A stretch of DNA of 63,756 nucleotides, filler included, from Octopus bimaculoides (GCF_001194135.2; 4 parts of 4 records of this genome joined end to end with filler, not necessarily neighbours in it); one strand, 5' to 3'. Shown: positions 22,311 through 35,809, numbered from the whole stretch's first letter. Numbers and translations: made by a program. Notes: a model not told the origin generated them from the letters alone.

Positions 22311-22984
22311 ANNNNNNNNNNNNNNNNNNNNNNNNNNNNNNNNNNNNNNNNNNNNNNNNNNNNNNNNNNNNNNNNNNNNNNNNNNNNNNNNNNNNNNNNN
22401 NNNNNNNNNNNNNNNNNNNNNNNNNNNNNNNNNNNNNNNNNNNNNNNNNNNNNNNNNNNNNNNNNNNNNNNNNNNNNNNNNNNNNNNNNNNNNNNNNNNN
22501 NNNNNNNNNNNNNNNNNNNNNNNNNNNNNNNNNNNNNNNNNNNNNNNNNNNNNNNNNNNNNNNNNNNNNNNNNNNNNNNNNNNNNNNNNNNNNNNNNNNN
22601 NNNNNNNNNNNNNNNNNNNNNNNNNNNNNNNNNNNNNNNNNNNNNNNNNNNNNNNNNNNNNNNNNNNNNNNNNNNNNNNNNNNNNNNNNNNNNNNNNNNN
22701 NNNNNNNNNNNNNNNNNNNNNNNNNNNNNNNNNNNNNNNNNNNNNNNNNNNNNNNNNNNNNNNNNNNNNNNNNNNNNNNNNNNNNNNNNNNNNNNNNNNN
22801 NNNNNNNNNNNNNNNNNNNNNNNNNNNNNNNNNNNNNNNNNNNNNNNNNNNNNNNNNNNNNNNNNNNNNNNNNNNNNNNNNNNNNNNNNNNNNNNNNNNN
22901 NNNNNNNNNNNNNNNNNNNNNNNNNNNNNNNNNNNNNNNNNNNNNNNNNNNNNNNNNNNNNNNNNNNNNNNNNNNNNNNNNNNN

Positions 22985-23025
<41 letters not shown>

Positions 23026-23089
23026 GCTATATTTATGCTCCAAGATCAAGACAAATGCACACACACACACACACGAACACGCAAAAAAA

Positions 23090-23243
23090 CACACAAGAAC
23101 ACACGCATACACATATTTAAGTACATATATAACATAATGTACACTACATGTATGTGTGTGTAAACGCACACAAGAACACACGCATACACATATTTAAGTA
23201 CATATATAACATAATGTACACTACATATATGTGTGTGTAAACG
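23090..23243. repeat. 77-bp tandem duplication (2 copies)
   Basis: CACACAAGAACACACGCATACACATATTTAAGTAC...TAAACG repeated with offset 77. Confidence 0.85.
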
Positions 23244-23584
23244 CACACACTCACACACGCACACACACACACACACATGTGCACTCATATATAACAAAAT
23301 ATAAATATATATTAATGTAAAACAAACCTTGTTTCTTTTTTTTTTGGGTGGGTTTTGTTGGATTATCTTTTTTGCTTCTGTCTGATGAAAGTTTTTGCAG
23401 CTTTTGTTGTTGTTTCTCGTTGCTTTTTTACTTTTTCTTTTTATCAATCAGGAGTCTGTCTGTCTGACTGACTGACTGCCTGGCACAATTAATAATAAAT
23501 AAATAAATAAATAAATATCAATGGAAGACAGACATTATATAGAGCCAAATAAGCGTGCAAAGGTCTGGGTATATATAGATATAT

Positions 23585-23674
<90 letters not shown>

Positions 23675-23724
23675 ATGTATGTATGTATGTATGTATGTAG
23701 TGAAAAGAAGAAAAAAACTATGAG

Positions 23725-23880
23725 GTAATGACGTACAGTTTTTGAGGCGGAGTTTGGAAGAGAAAGCAGCCAATTAGATAAAGACATGTTAAGTGATTGG
23801 CAGGCTGATCTGGGCTGGCGTTGACTGACAGGATTTGTTTATAGCTTCATTTAGCGTCTGTCACGTGTAGGATTTCAGTC
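23725..23880. promoter_or_regulatory. Candidate promoter/enhancer motif cluster
   Basis: TGACGTA, GAGGCGGAG, GCCAAT, ATTGG and CACGTG within ~150 bp of unique sequence; motif-only evidence. Confidence 0.3.
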
Positions 23881-24020
23881 AACGTACGTGTGTATGTGCA
23901 TGTGTGACGGTGTATGCATGTGTGTTTGTGTGTACATCTATGTGCGTGTGTGATTCTAGGTTTCTATGTGTGTCAGTATTTATGTCAATGTATCAAGATA
24001 TGCTTTATACACACACACAC

Positions 24021-24065
<45 letters not shown>

Positions 24066-24580
24066 NNNNNNNNNNNNNNNNNNNNNNNNNNNNNNNNNNN
24101 NNNNNNNNNNNNNNNNNNNNNNNNNNNNNNNNNNNNNNNNNNNNNNNNNNNNNNNNNNNNNNNNNNNNNNNNNNNNNNNNNNNNNNNNNNNNNNNNNNNN
24201 NNNNNNNNNNNNNNNNNNNNNNNNNNNNNNNNNNNNNNNNNNNNNNNNNNNNNNNNNNNNNNNNNNNNNNNNNNNNNNNNNNNNNNNNNNNNNNNNNNNN
24301 NNNNNNNNNNNNNNNNNNNNNNNNNNNNNNNNNNNNNNNNNNNNNNNNNNNNNNNNNNNNNNNNNNNNNNNNNNNNNNNNNNNNNNNNNNNNNNNNNNNN
24401 NNNNNNNNNNNNNNNNNNNNNNNNNNNNNNNNNNNNNNNNNNNNNNNNNNNNNNNNNNNNNNNNNNNNNNNNNNNNNNNNNNNNNNNNNNNNNNNNNNNN
24501 NNNNNNNNNNNNNNNNNNNNNNNNNNNNNNNNNNNNNNNNNNNNNNNNNNNTGTGTGTGTGTGTGTGTGTGTGTGTGTGT

Positions 24581-27318
24581 TCTACTGGCATGGAGAGAGT
24601 AGGACAAACTGCAGCTTTGGGCACCCAGCGCTGGACCAAAATCCATCACTCACCCAACGAAAGAAACAACCACACTTGGAAATAATCTATATCCCAGCAC
24701 AAACCTGCAGTAAAGAAGACCAGACAGACAGAAGTCATGTGCAGATGCAGTTCAAGCTGCAACAATTGAGCAATAACATTTTTCAAGTGTGACACAGGAA
24801 ATAGTGCAACGGTTGTCATAACTAGAGACAAAGTACTAATACAATTGGATCAACGTAACACTATATTCCTGAAGGGTAACTTCAACTTCCCCAACATCAG
24901 GTGGCCTGAGGGCAATATAACCCCAGGAATGACGCACAAAGAGAGAAATCAAGCAGAATTTCTACTTGATCTTATGAAAATGCAATTCATGGAGTAGATC
25001 ATACTGTCTCCAACCAGGCACAAATATATCCTAGACCTCTGTTTTACAAGCAATGTGGAAATTATCCACATCGTAAATATATCAACGACAATATTCTCAG
25101 ACCATAACATGATAGAACTGACAGTGTATGGCCCGGAATTAACTAAAGATAAACTCCGTATAGATGGCTCTCAAACCCTATCCAGCCTAAATTTGTATAA
25201 GGCTGACTGGAAATCACTATGCAAGGCATAGATATGAAACTCAATAAATTCATGTCAATAATGCGAGTCATATGCATTAACTATGTCCCAAAGAAGAGAG
25301 CCAACACACACAAAAACATCATTCCCCGAGACAGGAGAATACTCATGCGCCCTGTGGGCGTTGAGACGGTCCAGATGGGTACTGGTGCCTAAGGGGGCGG
25401 TGAGAAAAAGGAGGCTTGGAAGAAAGGCAGTGAAACGGGGGACGCTATGAATCTATTATAATATTATTATAGTATTGTATACAAATTATATAATATATTA
25501 AATATCAAATGAGTCATAGTATATATAAATTAGTAAAATATAAATTATTTATTTATATATAAAAATAGGGGTGGGGCGCTGAGGGTATTATGTGGCCATG
25601 TTGGGGGCGGTGGCCCAAAATGTTTAAGAACCTCTGGTTTAAACAAACACCTTAATGACAGTGTGAAATCCCACCTGACAGAGGAACTCTTCGAGATAGA
25701 AAATAAGCTCAAAATCTCCCATTAAAAAAAAGAAAGAGAGAAGAAAGAGAAACCTGGGTAGCCGAAAATATAAAAAGAAATCCTAAAGCCTTCTACACGT
25801 TGGCAAAGGAGTCTGCCTCAGTACGCTATAATATAGGGTCACTATTTGGTAAAAACGGCTCACTAACTGCAGACCCGGGGAAGATAAGTGAAGAACTAGA
25901 TAAACAATTCCGAAATGTTTTCATTTCTCCACTGGAAAATATGTAAATAAACAAGTCGGAGTTTTTCAATGTAACAAATCTTATTCGGAAAAGAGGCAGC
26001 CATCAATTACATCAACATAATAGAAGAGGATGTAATATTGGCCATTGATGAGATGAGATCAAACTCAGCAACAGGCCCAGATGGACTCCTGGCTGTTCTT
26101 TTAAAGATACGTAAAAAGGCTCTTGCAAAGCCACTGCAGATACTCTTTCAGAGTTTCCTTGCATGTGGTAAATTGCACAACATGCTAAAAGAGGGTATAA
26201 TATGCCCTGTCCATAAAGGAGGGAGCAGAGCAGATGCTAAAAACTACAGGCCCATCTCTCTAACCTCACATGTTAGCAAGACAATGGCACGCATTGCCAG
26301 AAAAAAAGTTGATCACGTTCCTAGAAGAAAACAACCTTCTCACAAACACGCAACATGGCTTCCGTCCAGAGAGGAGCTGCATCACACAGTTGCTGCAGCA
26401 CTAGACGTGTCAAGGCCTTCGACAAGGTTGACCATGGCATGATATGTCACAAACTGCGAGACCTTGGTATTACTGAGAAACTGGGAAAGTTGCTGCATGA
26501 TTTTCTGAAGGGCGGGTGTCAGACAGTTGTAACCAATGGTGCTCACTCTGAAGAAACACCAATTCGCAGCGGAGTCCCACAACGAACTGTACTTGTGCCA
26601 CTACTAGTTGTGGTGGCCCTCTCAGACATGCCCTCCGCAGTACATACAGTCAGCCAATCTGACCAGTTATACTGACGACACAACGACACAAAAGTATCAC
26701 AAGCAGTTAGGAACCCAGAGGACATCATAAAACTGCAGAAAGACCTGAATGAAATCTACAAATGGGCTAACAAAAATAACATGCAGTTCTATGCTATGAA
26801 ATTTCAGGCACTCTACTATCGGTCCAATACTGAAAACCGTGGACCAGAAGGTAATACGATCCCGGAGTCACAGTCGGTGCGTGACCTGGGGGTTTACATG
26901 AGCAATGACGCAACATCCCATGTGCATATTACCAGGATGGCAACACTGTGCAGGTGAGTGGCTGGATGGATTTTGAGGACATTCAGAATCAGGAAAAGGG
27001 AGGCCCTACTACTCTTATGGAGGACTTTCCTTCTCACCCGCTTGGATGCTACCAGCTATGGTCCCCAGAAAGCGTAAAACAAACTGTGGAACTCGAAGCA
27101 ATCCAGCGCCAATACACAAAGAAAATTGACTCGATGCAAAAGATGGGCTACTGGGAGAGGCTAAAGGAGCTGAGTCTCTATTGCCTGGAAAGAAGACGAG
27201 AGATATGGGGTGATATATATTTTGAAGATCTTGGAGGGTTTAGCTCTCAATTTTCGAATTGACAATTATACCAATCCTCGAACTGGACGGCACTGCATCA
27301 TATCAAAGATCCCGTCTT
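24581..27318 (+). mobile_element. Decayed CR1/L2-like LINE ORF2 (endonuclease + RT)
   Basis: GNFNFPNI, ILDLCFT, SDHNMI; TGPDGL, NYRPISLTSH, AFDKVDH, SGVPQ.TVL.PLL, YTDDT, YWERLKELSLY.LERRR. Confidence 0.92.
25352..25636. mobile_element. One-ended hAT-like insertion inside the LINE
   Basis: Interrupts the LINE frame after ..RRILMR; ends AAATGTTTAAGAACCTCTG (reverse complement CAGAGGTTCTTAAAC) followed by GTTTAAAC. The other end is not found. Confidence 0.55.
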
Positions 27319-27370
27319 GGGATCTTTGATATGATAACATACTATTATGGGGAGCCATAATAGTATGTTA
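27297..27370. repeat. Two abutting perfect hairpins (17-bp and 16-bp stems)
   Basis: ATCATATCAAAGATCCC-GTCTT-GGGATCTTTGATATGAT then TAACATACTATTATGG-GGAG-CCATAATAGTATGTTA. Confidence 0.95.
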
Positions 27371-28388
27371 AGAGCCCCTGAAAAAAAATTGTTTTAGATG
27401 TATGTATTGCAAGAAACAGCTAGNNNNNNNNNNNNNNNNNNNNNNNNNNNNNNNNNNNNNNNNNNNNNNNNNNNNNNNNNNNNNNNNNNNNNNNNNNNNN
27501 NNNNNNNNNNNNNNNNNNNNNNNNNNNNNNNNNNNNNNNNNNNNNNNNNNNNNNNNNNNNNNNNNNNNNNNNNNNNNNNNNNNNNNNNNNNNNNNNNNNN
27601 NNNNNNNNNNNNNNNNNNNNNNNNNNNNNNNNNNNNNNNNNNNNNNNNNNNNNNNNNNNNNNNNNNNNNNNNNNNNNNNNNNNNNNNNNNNNNNNNNNNN
27701 NNNNNNNNNNNNNNNNNNNNNNNNNNNNNNNNNNNNNNNNNNNNNNNNNNNNNNNNNNNNNNNNNNNNNNNNNNNNNNNNNNNNNNNNNNNNNNNNNNNN
27801 NNNNNNNNNNNNNNNNNNNNNNNNNNNNNNNNNNNNNNNNNNNNNNNNNNNNNNNNNNNNNNNNNNNNNNNNNNNNNNNNNNNNNNNNNNNNNNNNNNNN
27901 NNNNNNNNNNNNNNNNNNNNNNNNNNNNNNNNNNNNNNNNNNNNNNNNNNNNNNNNNNNNNNNNNNNNNNNNNNNNNNNNNNNNNNNNNNNNNNNNNNNN
28001 NNNNNNNNNNNNNNNNNNNNNNNNNNNNNNNNNNNNNNNNNNNNNNNNNNNNNNNNNNNNNNNNNNNNNNNNNNNNNNNNNNNNNNNNNNNNNNNNNNNN
28101 NNNNNNNNNNNNNNNNNNNNNNNNNNNNNNNNNNNNNNNNNNNNNNNNNNNNNNNNNNNNNNNNNNNNNNNNNNNNNNNNNNNNNNNNNNNNNNNNNNNN
28201 NNNNNNNNNNNNNNNNNNNNNNNNNNNNNNNNNNNNNNNNNNNNNNNNNNNNNNNNNNNNNNNNNNNNNNNNNNNNNNNNNNNNNNNNNNNNNNNNNNNN
28301 NNNNNNNNNNNNNNNNNNNNNNNNNNNNNNNNNNNNNNNNNNNNNNNNNNNNNNNNNNNNNNNNNNNNNNNNNNNNNNNNNNNNTATA

Positions 28389-28432
<44 letters not shown>

Positions 28433-28433
<1 letters not shown>

Positions 28434-29245
28434 CCAGAACCACACTAATAGCTTAGGAGTGCACGTTAGGATTTCTCGGTTTTCTGTGAATCGATTTCAA
28501 TAAAACTTTTTTCCCGATGGTTTGCACACTATGGCAACAACGTTGTTATGTCTTCATTATTCTGTGTAATGCCCTTTCTGTTTTTATTTCAGATTCTTCA
28601 GATCTTGTGTGAACCATGTTAATAGCTTTTGAATGAAAATAGCCCATCTAGACATTTTTTTCAGAAAATGAAGGGTAATGATACATATTAAGCATACATT
28701 GAATATATATTTAACAGAAAACCATAATAATATTATAACATTTATTGACATAATGAATTATTTAGCCACATGAACACCAAGGAAGAAATGATCCGATTGT
28801 GAGGCCTCCAAGACTGTGACAGCTAAGGATTTAAGGAAGCTACGTGGGAAAACTGGACAAACAAGCAATGCCATTTTCACCGCCTCCGGACTTCCTCATT
28901 TACGAAAAACCACCAGAAATCGCATCCTCGGGACCATGGCTTCTGTGGAAGAACCCTTGAAACTGCCTCCTCACAAGAGTTTGAGGCTTCAACGGGCCCA
29001 AAATTACATGACGTTAGACTTGAGTTGTGTTCTGTTCACTGATGAAACCAGGGCGACTCTTGATGAACCTAATAGTTGGACAAATGGTTAGGTCTATTTT
29101 GAAGATGAGTGTTACCAACGTTTACAACGTCAACAACAGTAGGGAGGAGTCATATGGTGGGCTGGTATCATTGGGGACTGACTTGTTGGCCCAGTCAGGG
29201 TACCTGAAGAGGTTAAGGTGAACGCAATCTCCTGAAGGAGGTCTT
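28433..29245 (+). mobile_element. Tc1-like transposon remnant (5' end + partial transposase)
   Basis: TRNRILGTMA, VLFTDETRATLD.P.SW..G, QQ..GG..IWAGIIG..LVGP.RVPE.VKVN. Confidence 0.8.
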
Positions 29246-29682
29246 GGTAAATGAGTTTTGTGAGTGAGTTTAGATGGGAGAGAGAGAGGAGAAATGGAAT
29301 AAAAATAAGATAGGGGTAAATGAGTAAGAATAAAAGTAAAAGTAAAGGTAATGATAGAGATATGTAAGTATTGCATCGGGGTGAGATTTCAAACGTTGAA
29401 GTTTCAGTAAAGTGGGGATTACAAAGGACAATATTATAGTGGTTAGTACAGATATTTAGAATTATATTTCAAGCTTAATAGCAATTAAATGATACGAGAT
29501 GAAGGATTAAGAATTAAATTTAAAACTTAAAATTAAAACTTAAAACCTAAACTTAAAATTACAACTAAGAAAAATATAACCTGAAATCTACAAAAACTAA
29601 AAACTATTGAAATGACACTAGCTTACCTTCTAAGATACTTATGTTGATAGAGAGGTAGAGAAAAAATCTTACACATACACAG

Positions 29683-29761
<79 letters not shown>

Positions 29762-29764
<3 letters not shown>

Positions 29765-29832
29765 GAGAATATACAAAAAATAACAACAGACGAGGACAGG
29801 TGGTGTAAATAACAAAAGTATATATTAGTATG
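29762..29832 (-). mobile_element. Penelope-like pLTR fragment
   Basis: Reverse complement of ~525-592. Confidence 0.6.
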
Positions 29833-30349
29833 NNNNNNNNNNNNNNNNNNNNNNNNNNNNNNNNNNNNNNNNNNNNNNNNNNNNNNNNNNNNNNNNNNNN
29901 NNNNNNNNNNNNNNNNNNNNNNNNNNNNNNNNNNNNNNNNNNNNNNNNNNNNNNNNNNNNNNNNNNNNNNNNNNNNNNNNNNNNNNNNNNNNNNNNNNNN
30001 NNNNNNNNNNNNNNNNNNNNNNNNNNNNNNNNNNNNNNNNNNNNNNNNNNNNNNNNNNNNNNNNNNNNNNNNNNNNNNNNNNNNNNNNNNNNNNNNNNNN
30101 NNNNNNNNNNNNNNNNNNNNNNNNNNNNNNNNNNNNNNNNNNNNNNNNNNNNNNNNNNNNNNNNNNNNNNNNNNNNNNNNNNNNNNNTTTAAAGACGTGA
30201 TAGAACCATGTAGAAAAAGCTTCGTGTTGTTTATTTAGTAATTGCGGTGAATTATGCATAAATATTTAGAAGCCATAGTCCACAAGTGGATGGCTGACCT
30301 TGGTATGGGACTCCGAAATCTATAATGACCCATGATATCTTATATTTTC

Positions 30350-30630
30350 ATTTTATTATTTTTTTTCATTCTATCTAGTTTCAGCTCTTGAGCTGTGGCC
30401 ATGCTGGGGCACCGCCATTTGGTGTTGCTACACAATTTTACTTCACGAATTTTACTTCAGGAATTGACTATTGGTGCATGAGAGAGTTTGATGCAGCTGC
30501 TCTCACCTGTAGCTCCTGCCGCGAAGTTGGTTCATCTGGGTCACTTAACAGGAAGAGGTCCAGCTTTATTTTGAAGATACCTACATCCACCCCATGCAGG
30601 TCTCTCAGGTCCTTCGGGAGGATATGGTAC
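30350..30630 (-). mobile_element. CR1/L2-like LINE 3' end (same family as 21160-21525)
   Basis: Near-identical to 21170-21425; tail hairpin CAGCTC-AA-GAGCTG. Confidence 0.88.
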
Positions 30631-30987
30631 CTTTCTATTTATTAGATGGTGTATATGGTTGGCTAGGGAGGTAGATTTGCTATGCTCCTGATATTTAAAT
30701 GAGTTTATATGCGCAAAATATCTCTGCACAAAATTAATAGTAAACCCGATATAGTAGTTAGTAGAATTATGTAATATGTTGTGGACCGTGCATTTGTATA
30801 CTACGTGAAACCTTCTTCAGTGAGCTTGTAACAGTAATTCGGTCGCCGATCGGCAGTTGCAACTACGAGTGTTATTAATAGAAAGGGGAGATGTCGTACT
30901 ATTTATGAAGAAATTAAAATTAAGCCGATTGAATCGTATTATTGTTATAGTTATTATTATTACTATTATTGTTATAATAGGAATTGT

Positions 30988-31113
<126 letters not shown>

Positions 31114-31275
31114 CGTTATTAATATTAGCATTAGTGGTGTTGCTATTAGTGTCAACATTCGTCTCAGCTACACTTAAACCTTCATAGGAAACGGGGATGT
31201 CTGTACCTTGGTTAATTCTGGTTATAGTGCTAGGGCTGAGTTACTCGTTCTACCTTGGTTTTTGATTTTTCCTCT

Positions 31276-31440
31276 AATCTATAATATAAATTGAAGTTGG
31301 CCGACCGTTGTATTCTTTCTTGTCTTGAGGATCACGGCCAAACGGCTGGATGGATTCGCGTGAAAAATGGCACACATGTGGAGACGGGTGCATAGATTGG
31401 AACGCGCTTTCTATTTTTTCTTAGCCCCCATACATACAGA
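31276..31440 (+). mobile_element. Possible non-autonomous Helitron/Helentron-like fragment
   Basis: TCTATAATATAAA start and ACGGCTGGATGGATT..GTGAAAAATGGCACACAT motif recalled from such elements; no 3' hairpin or CTAG seen. Confidence 0.35.
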
Positions 31441-31574
31441 GAAAATCGATTAAAACAACCTGCGTGCGTGCGTGCGTGTATGTGAGTGTGTGTCACTGAA
31501 GCCATTCATACATATATACATAATAAGTAAATTAAGTGAATGATAAATTTCATTTATCTCTCTCTCTCTTTCTT

Positions 31575-31610
<36 letters not shown>

Positions 31611-32504
31611 ATACACATACACCATCAACNNNNNNNNNNNNNNNNNNNNNNNNNNNNNNNNNNNNNNNNNNNNNNNNNNNNNNNNNNNNNNNNNNNNNNN
31701 NNNNNNNNNNNNNNNNNNNNNNNNNNNNNNNNNNNNNNNNNNNNNNNNNNNNNNNNNNNNNNNNNNNNNNNNNNNNNNNNNNNNNNNNNNNNNNNNNNNN
31801 NNNNNNNNNNNNNNNNNNNNNNNNNNNNNNNNNNNNNNNNNNNNNNNNNNNNNNNNNNNNNNNNNNNNNNNNNNNNNNNNNNNNNNNNNNNNNNNNNNNN
31901 NNNNNNNNNNNNNNNNNNNNNNNNNNNNNNNNNNNNNNNNNNNNNNNNNNNNNNNNNNNNNNNNNNNNNNNNNNNNNNNNNNNNNNNNNNNNNNNNNNNN
32001 NNNNNNNNNNNNNNNNNNNNNNNNNNNNNNNNNNNNNNNNNNNNNNNNNNNNNNNNNNNNNNNNNNNNNNNNNNNNNNNNNNNNNNNNNNNNNNNNNNNN
32101 NNNNNNNNNNNNNNNNNNNNNNNNNNNNNNNNNNNNNNNNNNNNNNNNNNNNNNNNNNNNNNNNNNNNNNNNNNNNNNNNNNNNNNNNNNNNNNNNNNNN
32201 NNNNNNNNNNNNNNNNNNNNNNNNNNNNNNNNNNNNNNNNNNNNNNNNNNNNNNNNNNNNNNNNNNNNNNNNNNNNNNNNNNNNNNNNNNNNNNNNNNNN
32301 NNNNNNNNNNNNNNNNNNNNNNNNNNNNNNNNNNNNNNNNNNNNNNNNNNNNNNNNNNNNNNNNNNNNNNNNNNNNNNNNNNNNNNNNNNNNNNNNNNNN
32401 NNNNNNNNNNNNNNNNNNNNNNNNNNNNNNNNNNNNNNNNNNNNNNNNNNNNNNNNNNNNNNNNNNNNNNNNNNNNNNNNNNNNNNNNNNNNNNNNNNNN
32501 NNNN

Positions 32505-32687
32505 TCCCGCATCCCACTTCTCGCAGGATGCCCCTCAGCGTCGCTAGCATCCGCAGTCAACAGGTACAGAAGCGATGAGAGGGGCATGAACGGACTGAAC
32601 GTGCAATGTCGAATAGTCTCGACAGATGCCCATTCACGCGAATTACCGAACGGATGCCTTTGTATAGTGCAGCGATCCAACCGCGGA

Positions 32688-32690
<3 letters not shown>
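32505..32690 (-). mobile_element. Tx1/L1-like LINE RT fragment
   Basis: VIRVNGHLSRLFDIARSVR..CP....LYLLT..MLATLRGILREVGCG; continues the motif at which 8971-10738 ends. Confidence 0.75.
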
Positions 32691-32761
<71 letters not shown>

Positions 32762-32762
32762 G
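32690..32762. repeat. (GATA)n microsatellite; also at ~7430-7456, 51285-51350, 52475-52550
   Basis: Direct reading. Confidence 0.97.
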
Positions 32763-32926
32763 ACTACGCGTGCCTGTGTGTATAGACATATACATAAGCA
32801 TAAAGATGCACATAAATATGATTGTGTGTGTGAGGAAAGTAAAAAAAAAATCCCCCAAAATTACATTTAAATTGACACAAACAGAAACTACAAATCTTCA
32901 AATAAAAGAAGTAATATCTGGTTGTA

Positions 32927-32958
<32 letters not shown>

Positions 32959-33290
32959 GCGTGCGCGCGTGCGTGCGTGCGTGTGTGTGTGCGTGTGTGT
33001 GTGTGTGTGTGTGTGNNNNNNNNNNNNNNNNNNNNNNNNNNNNNNNNNNNNNNNNNNNNNNNNNNNNNNNNNNNNNNNNNNNNNNNNNNNNNNNNNNNNN
33101 NNNNNNNNNNNNNNNNNNNNNNNNNNNNNNNNNNNNNNNNNNNNNNNNNNNNNNNNNNNNNNNNNNNNNNNNNNNNNNNNNNNNNNNNNNNNNNNNNNNN
33201 NNNNNNNNNNNNNNNNNCATCTATATATACATGTAGACGTAGGTATGTACATATATGTACGTATATATGCATATACACATATATTATTTG

Positions 33291-33335
<45 letters not shown>

Positions 33336-33574
33336 AAGAGAGAGAGAGAGTAAGACATGTAGAAATGCATATCCATACAATTGTATACGTATACAGATGA
33401 ATACATACATACTCAGTATATTTCATACTTGCAAAGGAGGACAGAAGAGTTCTCGGCACACACACGCACACACTTGTGAGTGCGTCTGTGTGTGTGTGCG
33501 CGCCTGTGTGTGTGCGCGCGCGCGTGTATATGTGTGTAACCATACCACAATATATATATATATACATATATATA

Positions 33575-33985
33575 CTCTTTTACTCTTTTACTTGTTTCAG
33601 TCACTTGACTGTGGCCATGCTAGAGCACCGCCTTTAGTCGAGCAAATCGACCCCAGGACTTATTCTTTGGATGCCTAGTACTTATTCTATCGGTCTCTTT
33701 TGCCGAACCGCTATGTTACGGGGACATAAACACACCAGCATCGGTTGTCAAGCGATGTTGGGGGGACAGACAGACACAGACATACAAACATATACATATA
33801 CATACATATATATGTATACATATATATACGACGGGCTTCTTTCAGTTTCCGTCTACCAAATCCACTCACAAGGCTTTGGTCGGCCCGAGGCTATAGTAGA
33901 TGACACTTGCCCAAGGTGCCAGTGGGAATGAACCCAGTACCATGTGGTTGGTAAGCAAGCTACTTACCACACAGTCACTCCTACA
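33575..33985 (-). mobile_element. SINE family B, near full length
   Basis: Reverse complement of head, body and tail. Confidence 0.92.
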
Positions 33986-33994
33986 CATATATTT

Positions 33995-34026
<32 letters not shown>

Positions 34027-34122
34027 GTATGTATGTACATATATATGGATATATTTACATGTATGCATACATATATATTTACATGTATACATACATACAC
34101 ATATATATATGTACGTGTGTAT

Positions 34123-34172
<50 letters not shown>

Positions 34173-34254
34173 GCTTGCCTGGTTTAAAAAGATTGGCTGT
34201 TATCTCAAGCACGTTGAGCAACCATGTAACATCTCATCCCTTAGTTGGCTCCTA

Positions 34255-34445
34255 TTTGAAGACGATTTTTCCTACTCTAGGCACAAGGCCAGAAATTTGG
34301 GGGATGGGGCTAGTTGGCTTAATTTATCGACCTCCGAAAGGATGAACGGCAAAGTCAACCTCAGTGCAATTTGAACTCAGAACGTAAAGACAGACAAGAT
34401 ACCGGTAAGCATTCCGCGCTAACGTTTCTGCCAGCACGCCACCTT
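34255..34445 (-). mobile_element. SINE family C
   Basis: Reverse complement of head and central domain. Confidence 0.85.
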
Positions 34446-34544
34446 CCTATTTGAAGGCAATTGTATGCAATAATCACACGCGATATTGTAGTTCACCCAT
34501 CGCACCCTCAGTACATCGCGGAGTTTTCTAGCTAATATATCTCT

Positions 34545-35452
34545 CTTTTTTACTCTTTTACTTGTTTCAGTCATTTGACTGTGGCCATGCTGGAGCACCG
34601 CCTTTAGTCGAGCAAATCGACCCCAGGACTTATTCTTTGGATGCCTAGTACTTATTCTATCGGTCTCTTTTGCCGAACCGCTAAGTTACGGGGACCTAAA
34701 CACACCACCATCGGTTNNNNNNNNNNNNNNNNNNNNNNNNNNNNNNNNNNNNNNNNNNNNNNNNNNNNNNNNNNNNNNNNNNNNNNNNNNNNNNNNNNNN
34801 NNNNNNNNNNNNNNNNNNNNNNNNNNNNNNNNNNNNNNNNNNNNNNNNNNNNNNNNNNNNNNNNNNNNNNNNNNNNNNNNNNNNNNNNNNNNNNNNNNNN
34901 NNNNNNNNNNNNNNNNNNNNNNNNNNNNNNNNNNNNNNNNNNNNNNNNNNNNNNNNNNNNNNNNNNNNNNNNNNNNNNNNNNNNNNNNNNNNNNNNNNNN
35001 NNNNNNNNNNNNNNNNNNNNNNNNNNNNNNNNNNNNNNNNNNNNNNNNNNNNNNNNNNNNNNNNNNNNNNNNNNNNNNNNNNNNNNNNNNNNNNNNNNNN
35101 NNNNNNNNNNNNNNNNNNNNNNNNNNNNNNNNNNNNNNNNNNNNNNNNNNNNNNNNNNNNNNNNNNNNNNNNNNNNNNNNNNNNNNNNNNNNNNNNNNNN
35201 NNNNNNNNNNNNNNNNNNNNNNNNNNNNNNNNNNNNTGTGTGTGTGTGTGTGTGTGTGTTCGTTTGTACCCTCCCCATCGCTTGACAATCGATGTTGGTG
35301 TGTTTACGTCCCCGTAACTTAGCGGTTCGGCAAAAGAGACCGATAGAATAAGTACTAGGCTTACAAAGAATAAGTCCTCGGGTCGATTAGTTCGACTAAA
35401 GGCAGTGCTCCAGCATGGCCGCGGACAAATGACTGAAGCAAGTAAAAGAAAG
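34545..35452. mobile_element. SINE B 3' halves in opposite orientation flanking a gap (- 34545-34716, + 35237-35452)
   Basis: Family B body and tail on each side of the gap. Confidence 0.85.
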
Positions 35453-35809
35453 ACTATATTAGTCAGAGTAAACCTGAATGCTAAGGGCCTACGAGTGTTT
35501 TTACACGCGTATACACGTATAGTTGTTGCGGAGTAGAGGAGGAACGTTTGTGAGCACATGTGAATCTATATGAGCGTGTATGCGTGCGAGAGCATTTGTA
35601 TGGGAGTGTAAATGTAAGTTTGTGTGCTTATGTGCGTGTGTATGATTACTGCAGCCAGAGAAACCAACAAACTATGAAACGAACACACAGACAGGAATCT
35701 TCATTATTTTTATATTTATTACATCATTCGCTGATGTAAGATGTCCACACTATGTGTGTGCCTGCTTATGTATGTTTATATACAGTGTGTGCGTGTGTGT
35801 ATATATATG

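Noticed and set aside
32505-32550. GCATCC...GGATGC hairpin followed by CTAG as a Helitron 3' end
   Set aside because: The opposite strand translates as Tx1-like RT, a better explanation, and the CTAG is not followed by T.
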